Positions 52,127 to 59,173 of a stretch of 59,173 nucleotides of DNA are shown here, in pieces. This stretch comes from Candidatus Scatomorpha pullicola (GTDB taxonomy: Bacteria > Bacillota > Clostridia > Oscillospirales > Oscillospiraceae). The stretch is taken from assembly GCA_018716545.1 (NCBI GenBank), contig DVJU01000110.1, forward strand, positions 1 to 59,173. The letters are read 5' to 3'. Position numbers and translations under genes: made by a program. The notes beneath the pieces are model-generated. The model had not been told where the DNA came from, did no database searches, and was given only the letters and a program-made list of their open reading frames with translations. Within the stretch, counting starts at the first letter, position 1. Each line of letters opens with the position of its first letter.

Positions 52127-54535
52127 TCACTGTCCTATTCTCGCGGTCTCGTGCTTGCCGGTTCTGGGCGGCACAGGGCTTGCGCCGGAAGGCTGCCCGG
52201 CATCCAGGCGGTTGAGCGCGACGTCAAGTATTGCGTCGACGTGGTCGGCGGTCACGAACTTGAGGCTGTGGCGCACGGTCTGGTCTATCTCGTCGAGGTC
52301 GGCCTCGTTCCCGGCGGGGATTATGACGGTGCTGACGCCGGCGCGCAATGCGGCCATGGTCTTCTCCTTCAGCCCGCCTATGGGCAGGATGCGCCCGCGC
52401 AGGGTTATCTCGCCGGTCATGGCAAGGTCGCGGCGCACGGGTATGCCCGTCAGCGCGGATATGACGCCGATGCAGATGGTTATGCCCGCGCTCGGTCCGT
52501 CCTTGGGCACCGCGCCCTCGGGGAAATGGATGTGTATATCGCGGTTCTTGTAGAACTCGGGGTCTATGCCCAGCTTTCCGGCGCGGGAGCGGATATACGT
52601 TATCGCCGCCTTGCAGCTCTCCTTCATGACGCTGCCGAGGTTGCCGGTCAGCTCCAGGTGGCCGGTGCCCTCTACCACGCCGACCTCGACGTCCAGCACT
52701 TCGCCGCCCACGGCGGTCCAGGCCAGGCCGCGGACAAGTCCCACCTCGTCGCGCGGATACACGCTGTCTGGCTTGTATTTCGGCGCGCCGAGCAGGGTCT
52801 CAAGGCGTCCGGCGCGCACGCTGAGCGACTTGTACTCGCCCTTTGCTATGCCGGCGGCGCACTTGCGGCAGAGCGTGGCCAGCTCGCGCTCGAGCAGCCT
52901 GACGCCGCTCTCGCGGGTGTAGAGCGAGATTATCTCGCGTATGGCGTCGTCGCTCACCCTCAGCGTATTGCCGGTGAGGCCGTGGCGCTTGCGCTGCTTG
53001 GGCAGGAGGTGCTGCTTGGCTATCATGAGCTTCTCCTCGTCGGTGTAGCTCGTCAGCTCAATGACCTCCATGCGGTCGAGCAGCGGGCGCGGTATGGTGT
53101 CCGTGGTGTTCGCGGTGGTGATAAACAGCACGTCGCTCAGGTCTATGGGCAGCTCCATGTAGTTGTCGCGGAACTTGTTGTTCTGCTCGCCGTCGAGCGC
53201 CTCGAGCAGCGCGCTGGACGGGTCTCCGCGATAGTCGCTGCCGAGCTTGTCGATCTCGTCGAGCACCATGACGGGGTTCATGCTGCCCGCCTGGATGAGT
53301 CCGGAGACGAGCCTGCCGGGCATGGCGCCGATATAGGTCTTGCGGTGGCCGCGTATCTCCGCCTCGTCGTGCACACCGCCCAGGGCGACGTGGCTGAGCT
53401 TGCGGTTCATGGCTCGCGCTATGCTCATGGCTATGCTGGTCTTGCCGGTACCCGGGGGACCCACCAGGCAGAGCACGGTTCCGCGTATATCCGGGGCGAG
53501 CTGGCGGACAGCCAGCAGCTCGACTATGCGTTCCTTGACCTTGTCAAGGCCGAAGTGGTCTTCGTCGAGTATCTTGCGCGCCTTGGCCACGTCCAGGGTC
53601 TCCCTGGTGCGCTTGTTCCAGGGTATCTCCAGGCATGTGTCGAGATAGCCGCGTATGACGCTGGCCTCGGCGGAGCCGAAGGGCTGGCGGGAGAGCCTGG
53701 AGACTTCCTTGAGCAGCTTCTCCTCCACATCGGCGTCCAGGTGCAGCGCGCGTATTTTGTCGCGGTATTCGTTCAGCTCCTGGGGCGAGTCGTCCTCGCC
53801 CAGCTCGCTCTGGATGACCTTCATCTGCTCGCGCAGGTAGTATTCGCGCTGGTTGCGGTTCATCTGCTCCTGCGTGCTCTCTTTTATGTCGCGCTCTATG
53901 CCGAGGAGCGTCAGCTCGCGCGTGACGATCTGGGTGAGCCTGGCCAGACGGCGCGAGGGGCGCAGCTCCTCCAGGAGCTGCTGTGCTTCCTCGGGCTTCA
54001 TATAGACGTTTTGAGCTATATAGTTCGCCACGTAGCCGGGATCGGTGCTGTCGGCGATGTTTATAAGCGCCTCAGTCGGCAAAGAGCCGCTGCTGGCCTC
54101 GGCGTACTGGCTGAACAGCGAAACGCAGCGGCGGCACAGCGCCTCCGTGCGCACGGTCATGCGCTCATCCACGTCGGGCAGCGGCTCCACCTCGGTGTAG
54201 AGGCAGGGGGAATCGGTTATAAGCGACACTATGCGGCCGCGTCCCAGCCCCTCGACCATGATGCGCACGTTCTGCCCGCCGGGCTGGCGGAGCATCTGCT
54301 TTACGCGGCAGACCGTACCGACGGCATATATGTCGTCCAGGAACGGCAAGTCCTTGGTGATTTCCTTTTGCGCGGTGAGAAAGAGTATCCTGTCCTCCCC
54401 CATCGCTATATTGAGCGCGGCGATATTGGCCGGACGCTCCACGTCAAAGTTCAGAAGCATCCCGGGAAAGATGCTTATCCCACGCAGCGTAAGAACAGGC
54501 ATTGCGCGCTGCGTACTGAATTCATATTCGCTCAT
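52127..54535 (-). CDS. lon: ATP-dependent endopeptidase La (Lon)
   Basis: LON N-domain, Walker A 'GPPGTGKTS' and the protease motif 'PKDGPSAGI'. Confidence 0.95.
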   Translation of the reverse strand: MSEYEFSTQRAMPVLTLRGISIFPGMLLNFDVERPANIAALNIAMGEDRILFLTAQKEITKDLPFLDDIYAVGTVCRVKQMLRQPGGQNVRIMVEGLGRGRIVSLITDSPCLYTEVEPLPDVDERMTVRTEALCRRCVSLFSQYAEASSGSLPTEALINIADSTDPGYVANYIAQNVYMKPEEAQQLLEELRPSRRLARLTQIVTRELTLLGIERDIKESTQEQMNRNQREYYLREQMKVIQSELGEDDSPQELNEYRDKIRALHLDADVEEKLLKEVSRLSRQPFGSAEASVIRGYLDTCLEIPWNKRTRETLDVAKARKILDEDHFGLDKVKERIVELLAVRQLAPDIRGTVLCLVGPPGTGKTSIAMSIARAMNRKLSHVALGGVHDEAEIRGHRKTYIGAMPGRLVSGLIQAGSMNPVMVLDEIDKLGSDYRGDPSSALLEALDGEQNNKFRDNYMELPIDLSDVLFITTANTTDTIPRPLLDRMEVIELTSYTDEEKLMIAKQHLLPKQRKRHGLTGNTLRVSDDAIREIISLYTRESGVRLLERELATLCRKCAAGIAKGEYKSLSVRAGRLETLLGAPKYKPDSVYPRDEVGLVRGLAWTAVGGEVLDVEVGVVEGTGHLELTGNLGSVMKESCKAAITYIRSRAGKLGIDPEFYKNRDIHIHFPEGAVPKDGPSAGITICIGVISALTGIPVRRDLAMTGEITLRGRILPIGGLKEKTMAALRAGVSTVIIPAGNEADLDEIDQTVRHSLKFVTADHVDAILDVALNRLDAGQPSGASPVPPRTGKHETARIGQ

Positions 54536-54616
54536 TTAGCACTCCTTCCTGTAATAAGCGCCAAAACGCAAATTGCCGTATCATGCGGCGCAGTATTGCC
54601 GCCATAATACGCATAT

Positions 54617-54640
54617 GGGGACGGATACCCTCCGTCCCCC
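54617..54640 (-). terminator. Possible terminator/attenuator after clpX
   Basis: 9-bp stem GGGGACGGA/TCCGTCCCC. No clear T-run on the minus strand. Confidence 0.4.
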
Positions 54641-54656
54641 ATGTGTTTGTCTTTTG

Positions 54657-55952
54657 TTACGAGGCGCTCTCCCCGGCTCCGGACTTGTGGATTACCATAG
54701 GCTCCGTACCGGTGCGCACACAGTCGGCCGTCACGACGACCTTCTCTATGCTCGGGTCAGAGGGCACCTTATACATTATGCCCGTCATGACCTGTTCCAT
54801 TACGCTGCGCAGGCCGCGCGCGCCGATTTTCATCTCGATGGCCTTGTCGGCGATGGCGCCGAGCGCGTCCGGCTCGAACTCAAGCTGTACGCCGTCGTAG
54901 TTGAGCAGCACCTTGTACTGCTTGGTGAGGGCGTTCTTGGGCTCGGTCAGTATGCGCACCAGATCGTCGCGCTTGAGCGATTCGAGGCTGGTGACCACGG
55001 GCAGGCGGCCGATAAGCTCGGGTATTATGCCGAACTTCAGCAGGTCATGGCTCTGCACCTGACCCAGCAGCTCGCCCACGTCGCGCTCGGCGGCGGACTT
55101 GATGTCGGCGCCGAAACCCAGGCTCTTGCGGTCGGTGCGGCGCTCGATGATCTTGTCCAGGCCGTCGAAGGCTCCGCCGCAGATGAACAGGATGTTCGTC
55201 GTGTCGACGTGGATGAACTCCTGGTGGGGGTGCTTGCGCCCGCCCTGGGGCGGAACCGAGGCCACGGTGCCTTCGAGCAGCTTCAGCAGCGCCTGCTGCA
55301 CGCCCTCGCCGGAAACGTCGCGTGTGATGGAGGTGTTCTCGCTCTTGCGGGCTATCTTGTCGATCTCGTCGACGTAAATGATGCCGTGCTCGGCTTTTTC
55401 CACGTCGAAGTCCGCGGCCTGCAGCAGCTTGAGCAGGATGTTTTCCACATCTTCACCCACGTAGCCGGCCTCGGTGAGCGTGGTGGCGTCGGCAATGGCG
55501 AAGGGTACGCCGAGCATCTTGGCAAGCGTCTGCGCAAAGAGGGTCTTGCCGGAGCCGGTGGGGCCGATCAGCAAAATGTTGCTCTTTTGCAGCTCGACCT
55601 TCTCGCCCTCGTTCTGTCCGGGGTTTGCGTCAAGGTGCAGTATGCGCTTGTAGTGGTTATACACCGCCACGCTGAGCACGACCTTGGCCTGCTCCTGTCC
55701 GATTATATAGTCGTCCAGATGCGCATGGATCTCCGCCGGCTTGGGCAGGCTGGAGAAGTCCACTGCCTGCTCCGCAGGCTGCGTGCTGCCGGCCTCGGCG
55801 ACCGAATAGTCCTCGCCCAGTATATTCATGCACAGGCGCACGCACTCGTCGCAGATATAAGAGCCGTTGCCGGCTATGAGCCTGTGAACCAGTGACTGCG
55901 GCTTGCCGCAGAAGGAGCACCGGGGCGCTTCCCTGTTGTCGTTTCTTGCCAT
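54657..55952 (-). CDS. clpX: ATP-dependent Clp protease ATP-binding subunit ClpX
   Basis: Zinc-binding 'CSFCGK...CDEC', Walker A 'GPTGSGKT' and '[10 protein letters not shown]'. Confidence 0.97.
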   Translation of the reverse strand: MARNDNREAPRCSFCGKPQSLVHRLIAGNGSYICDECVRLCMNILGEDYSVAEAGSTQPAEQAVDFSSLPKPAEIHAHLDDYIIGQEQAKVVLSVAVYNHYKRILHLDANPGQNEGEKVELQKSNILLIGPTGSGKTLFAQTLAKMLGVPFAIADATTLTEAGYVGEDVENILLKLLQAADFDVEKAEHGIIYVDEIDKIARKSENTSITRDVSGEGVQQALLKLLEGTVASVPPQGGRKHPHQEFIHVDTTNILFICGGAFDGLDKIIERRTDRKSLGFGADIKSAAERDVGELLGQVQSHDLLKFGIIPELIGRLPVVTSLESLKRDDLVRILTEPKNALTKQYKVLLNYDGVQLEFEPDALGAIADKAIEMKIGARGLRSVMEQVMTGIMYKVPSDPSIEKVVVTADCVRTGTEPMVIHKSGAGESAS

Positions 55953-56005
55953 ATTTCACCTCACACGCGGTTTTCCGCGCCAACGGGTGCGAAAGTGCGC
56001 ACCCC

Positions 56006-56587
56006 TTATCTGCTGTATATGACCTTGTCGATAAGGCCGTACTTCACAGCATCTTCCGCGGGCATGAAGTTGTCACGCTCGGTATCTATCGCTATCTGCT
56101 CTATGCTCTTGCCGGTGTTCTCGGCCAGGATGCGGTTGAGCTTCTCGCGGGTGCGGAGCATCCACTCGGCCTGGATCTTTATATCGCTGGCCTGCCCCTG
56201 GGTTCCGCCGCTGGGCTGATGGATCATTATCTCCGCGTTGGGAAGCGCGAGGCGCTTGCCCTTGGTTCCGCTGCTGAGCAGGAACGCGCCCATGCTGGCG
56301 GCCATGCCGATGCAGATGGTGGACACGTCGCACTTGATGTACTGCATCGTGTCGTAGATGGCCATGCCGTCGGTGACGGAGCCGCCGGGGCTGTTGATGT
56401 AGAACTGGATGTCCTTGTCGGGATCCTGCGCCTCAAGATAGAGGAGCTGCGCCACGACGAGGCTGGCGGTGGTTGCGTTTACCTCCTCGCAGAGCATGAC
56501 GATACGGTCGTTCAGCAGCCTGGAGAAGATGTCATAGGAGCGCTCGCCGCGCGAGGTCTGCTCCACTACATACGGTACCAAACTCAT
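56006..56587 (-). CDS. clpP: ATP-dependent Clp protease proteolytic subunit ClpP
   Basis: '[10 protein letters not shown]', '[11 protein letters not shown]' and 'IMIHQP'. Confidence 0.97.
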   Translation of the reverse strand: MSLVPYVVEQTSRGERSYDIFSRLLNDRIVMLCEEVNATTASLVVAQLLYLEAQDPDKDIQFYINSPGGSVTDGMAIYDTMQYIKCDVSTICIGMAASMGAFLLSSGTKGKRLALPNAEIMIHQPSGGTQGQASDIKIQAEWMLRTREKLNRILAENTGKSIEQIAIDTERDNFMPAEDAVKYGLIDKVIYSR

Positions 56588-56649
56588 TTATTTGTTCCTC
56601 CTTGGGTTAGTATACGCTGTTAAATGAGCTTAACCGGTTTGAAGGCGGA

Positions 56650-57987
56650 TTAGTCGCCCGTCTCCTCGGCAGGAGCCTCGTCCGCGGCGGGAGTCTCCTC
56701 ATCCGGCTTGGGCTCAGTCTTTACTGCGCTGTCGTACATGACGTCGGCAGCCTTGCGGTGGACTATATCCTGCACCATGAGGTTTTCGTCGATCATACCC
56801 TTGATCTTCTCTGCCTCCTCGCCGTAGTCGGCGGCGAGCTTGTTGTAGAACTCGTTCTTGTCCTCCTCGGTGGCCTCGATATTCTCGGCCTTGGCGACGG
56901 CCTCGAGGAGCAGGTCAGCCTGCACCTGGCGCTCAGCCGCGGGGCGCATCATGGCGGAGAAGGTGGCGTCGTCGAGACCCATGGCCTTGAGCAGATTCTC
57001 GCGGGACATGCCGCGCGCGCCCATGCTGTCGGCGTAGTTCATCAGGAACTCGTCTATCTTCTCGGCGATCATGCTCTCGGGGATGGAGACCTCCATGTTC
57101 TCGATGGCCTTGGAAATAACGGCGTTCTTGAAGTCGGCCTCAGCGCCCTCGGTCTTGCGCTCGAGAGTCTTGGCCTTGAGGTCGGCCTTGTACTCGTCGA
57201 GGGTGTCAAACTCGCTGACGTCCTTGGCAAACTCGTCGTCGAGCTCGGGCAGCTGCGGCTCGCGCACGGCGTGGATCTTCACCTTGAAGGTGGCGTCCTT
57301 GCCGGCCAGCTTCGGGTCGTACTGCTCGGGGAAGGTCACGTTGACCTCGCCGTCGGTCTCGGCCTCCATGCCGACAAGCTGATCCTCGAAGCCGGGGATG
57401 AACATGCCGGAGCCGATCTCCAGGGAGTAGTTCTCGGCCTTGCCGCCCTCGAAGGGCACGCCGTCGACAAAGCCCTCGAAGTCGAACACGATGGTGTCGC
57501 CCTCCTTGACGGGGCGCTCGACATCGATGTAGCGGGCGTTACGCTTGCGGGTATCCTCGACCTGCTGGTCGATCTCCTCGTCGGTCACGACGGGCTCGGC
57601 GTAGGGAGCCTCGATGCCCTTGTACTCGCCGAGAGTGACGACCGGGTAGAGGTCGGTGGTGAAGGTGATGGTGCAGACCTTGTTCTCGTCGACGTTGTAA
57701 TCGGCGACGGAGGGAGTGCCCACGGTGTTGAGGTCTTCTTCCTTGACCGCATACTCAAAAGCCTCGGGAGCCATGTCCTGCACGGCCTCATCGTGGAAGA
57801 TGTCGGCGCCGTACATGCCCTCGATGACCACGCGGGGGGCTTTGCCCTTGCGGAAGCCGGCGACGTATATGCTGTTCTTGAGCTTCTTGTAGGCCTTGTT
57901 GACAGCCTGCTCAAAGGCGTCGGCGTCGATCTCGACCTGGAAGATAGCGGTGTTGTTGTCTTTCTTTTCTACGTTCTTGACGACCAT
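56650..57987 (-). CDS. tig: Trigger factor
   Basis: 'GFRKGKAP' ribosome-binding motif and a central FKBP domain 'DFEGFVDGVPFEGG'. Confidence 0.95.
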   Translation of the reverse strand: MVVKNVEKKDNNTAIFQVEIDADAFEQAVNKAYKKLKNSIYVAGFRKGKAPRVVIEGMYGADIFHDEAVQDMAPEAFEYAVKEEDLNTVGTPSVADYNVDENKVCTITFTTDLYPVVTLGEYKGIEAPYAEPVVTDEEIDQQVEDTRKRNARYIDVERPVKEGDTIVFDFEGFVDGVPFEGGKAENYSLEIGSGMFIPGFEDQLVGMEAETDGEVNVTFPEQYDPKLAGKDATFKVKIHAVREPQLPELDDEFAKDVSEFDTLDEYKADLKAKTLERKTEGAEADFKNAVISKAIENMEVSIPESMIAEKIDEFLMNYADSMGARGMSRENLLKAMGLDDATFSAMMRPAAERQVQADLLLEAVAKAENIEATEEDKNEFYNKLAADYGEEAEKIKGMIDENLMVQDIVHRKAADVMYDSAVKTEPKPDEETPAADEAPAEETGD

Positions 57988-58051
57988 GGGGTGGATTCCT
58001 CCTAGTTATTTATCGGTGAAAAAAGTTTCCTCAGAATTTAACGCGCATAGC

Positions 58052-58080
58052 ATTATAGCAGATAGCGCAAATAAAAGCAA
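58052..58080 (-). promoter_or_regulatory. Sigma-A promoter for tig (TTGCTT-17-TATAAT)
   Basis: The hexamers are read on the minus strand, about 65 nt upstream of the ATG. Confidence 0.6.
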
Positions 58081-58091
58081 TGACTATTCTT

Positions 58092-58781
58092 TTAATCCCG
58101 CACTTTCACGGGCGAAAAATTGACGTGGTCGGCGCTGACGAGCCTGAACCGGACGCCGTTTTTCTCTCCCTGGAAGGCTGCGGGGCAGCCCTTGCCGTGT
58201 ATGTGCCCGTAATAGCACTCGTGCACGCCGTACCTTTCCAGCATCTCCAGTATCTCCGGGCACTCGTAATTCAAATATTTGGGAGGGTAATGGAGAAAGG
58301 CTATTTTCTTCCTGTCCCCCGCCGCTTTCAGCGAGGCCTCCAGCCTGCCGATCTCACGGAGCATTATTTTCCTGTCGTGCTCGGTTCCCCGCTCCTCCTC
58401 GTAGAACCAGCCGCGCGTGCCGCACAGAGCCGTGTCGCCGTAGAGGATGCTGTTATTATACAGTATATCAATCGTGTCAATACCGTTTTCGGCGAAGAAG
58501 CGTTTGGCCTTGGCCGCCGTGCTCCACCAGTAGTCGTGGTTGCCCTTGAGCACGACCTTCCTGCCGGGCAGGCGGTCGATGAACAGGAAGTCCTCCCGCG
58601 CGCTCTCCAGGGACATGCCCCAGGTGAGGTCGCCGCACAGCACGGTGGTGTCACCGTCGGTCAGCTGCGAAAAGCCCTCGACCAGCTTGTCAACATAGTT
58701 TATCCACCTGCCGCCGAACACGTCCATCGGCTTGTCGGCGCCCAGCGAGAGATGCAGGTCTCCGATTGCGTAAAGCGCCAA
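58092..58781 (-). CDS. Metallophosphoesterase (calcineurin-like)
   Basis: 'AIGDLHL', 'CGDLT' and 'GNHDYWW' motifs. TTG start follows GGAGGTG. Confidence 0.8.
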   Translation of the reverse strand: MALYAIGDLHLSLGADKPMDVFGGRWINYVDKLVEGFSQLTDGDTTVLCGDLTWGMSLESAREDFLFIDRLPGRKVVLKGNHDYWWSTAAKAKRFFAENGIDTIDILYNNSILYGDTALCGTRGWFYEEERGTEHDRKIMLREIGRLEASLKAAGDRKKIAFLHYPPKYLNYECPEILEMLERYGVHECYYGHIHGKGCPAAFQGEKNGVRFRLVSADHVNFSPVKVRD

Positions 58782-58863
58782 AGCGCACCTCCGTATATTA
58801 GAGTTAATAGGCGTAAATAATATTTCCGGGCAACAGCCCTACTAAGCTTTTGGAGGCAATGTC

Positions 58864-59043
58864 ATGACTGAGAACAAAAACCGTTCCTGCAAGACCGTTA
58901 TCGGCTGCGACGCGGCCAACTGCGAGTACAATGAGCACGGCACCGGCTGCAACGCCGACCACATCAAGGTCGACGGCCGCACCGCTCACACCACCGGCGA
59001 GACCTGCTGTTCCACCTTCAAGCAGAAAAGCGCAAAGTTCTGA
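58864..59043 (+). CDS. DUF1540-like small Cys-rich protein (59 aa)
   Basis: The ORF MTENKNRSCKTVIGCDAANCEYNEHGTGCNADHIKVDGRTAHTTGETCCSTFKQKSAKF falls below the ORF-track length cut-off. GGAGG lies 7 nt upstream. The Cys spacing resembles DUF1540. Confidence 0.6.
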   Translation: MTENKNRSCKTVIGCDAANCEYNEHGTGCNADHIKVDGRTAHTTGETCCSTFKQKSAKF

Positions 59044-59066
59044 CACCCGAGAGGCGTTTATACCCG

Positions 59067-59086
59067 GGCGGGCGGCAGCGCCCGCC
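59067..59086. terminator. Hairpin between convergent genes
   Basis: GGCGGGC(G)/(C)GCCCGCC stem of 7-8 bp with a short loop. Confidence 0.45.
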
Positions 59087-59095
59087 GTACATATT

Positions 59096-59173
59096 TCAGG
59101 ACAGGAAGTCCTCCACCACTTTTTTCATCCCCTCTGGAGCCGTGCAGTCCGTAAAGCGCTCGGCCTTTTCGCC
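59096..59173 (-). CDS. 3' end of an unidentified minus-strand gene (partial)
   Basis: Open frame from the window edge, ...GEKAERFTDCTAPEGMKKVVEDFLS*, ending at a TGA at 59096-59098. Too short to identify. Confidence 0.3.
   Translation of the reverse strand, partial: GEKAERFTDCTAPEGMKKVVEDFLS

Noticed and set aside
54536-54580. An exact match to the CIRCE right arm GAGTGCTAA (minus strand, plus-strand coordinates 54536-54544) at the lon start, which would suggest HrcA control.
   Set aside because: The best left arm (TTGGCGCTT) matches only 6/9 and sits at an 11-nt rather than 9-nt spacing. The right arm simply overlaps the lon SD and start codon (AAGGAGTGCTAAATG). This is most likely coincidence.
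51932-54607. An 891-aa plus-strand ORF, the longest in the window, which could look like a large novel protein.
   Set aside because: It lies exactly antisense to lon, whose minus-strand frame has unmistakable Lon motifs. The plus-frame product is Ala/Gly/Leu/Arg/Val-rich with no motifs and no RBS. This is the classic high-GC shadow ORF.
58804-59046. An 80-aa minus-strand ORF from the track.
   Set aside because: It is antisense to the plus-strand 59-aa DUF1540-like ORF, which has a GGAGG RBS and a conserved-looking Cys pattern. The minus-frame product is Ala/Gly/Val-rich with a GTG start and no SD.
1-59173. A search for CRISPR arrays, tRNA/rRNA genes, transposases, prophage or defence-system signatures, toxin-antitoxin pairs and long direct or inverted repeats flanking an island.
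   Set aside because: I recognised none by eye. The only recombinase is the housekeeping xerD, and the only repeats are the intragenic collagen repeats and short operator-like motifs. A computational scan (tRNAscan, Rfam, PADLOC/DefenseFinder) would be needed to exclude cryptic elements.

Overview
This window looks like a core chromosomal segment of a high-GC, endospore-forming Firmicute (Clostridia type, possibly Oscillospiraceae-like; the taxon is inferred only from gene content and composition). I call about 70 protein genes, and all but five of them lie on the minus strand.

The recognisable housekeeping blocks are:
- nif3-trmK, sigH and ruvABC
- xerD-spoIIM and yajC-tgt
- a four-subunit 2-oxoacid:ferredoxin oxidoreductase operon, followed by yebC
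- the priA-def-fmt-rsmB-rlmN-stp-prkC-rsgA block
- yicC-remA-gmk-rpoZ and cdaA-cdaR
- carD, ispD and ispF, then cmk-plsC with an ispH/rpsA fusion
- scpAB, engB and tig-clpP-clpX-lon

I found no rRNA, tRNA, CRISPR array, transposase, prophage or defence-island signature. Many genes are preceded by near-consensus sigma-A promoters and followed by clean hairpin terminators.

I did not find a convincing large novel multi-gene system. The most unusual content is:
1. A Cys-rich collagen-like (BclA-type) protein with a periodically interrupted 69-bp tandem repeat, flanked by two glycosyltransferases (2-3352).
2. A 26-codon spoVM-like ORF that is absent from the ORF track. It follows a 55-aa Arg-rich membrane mini-protein and lies next to a SipL-like LysM protein (19896-21763).
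3. An orphan P-loop NTPase placed closely upstream of the kor operon (18175-18885).
4. A DUF2325-DUF3793-flavodoxin operon with repeated operator-like motifs, located beside a DtxR/MntR-family regulator (13489-15414).
5. A roughly 300-bp AT-rich non-coding island upstream of spoIIM (10844-11153).

All functional calls rest on my own recognition of motifs and synteny; no database search was run.
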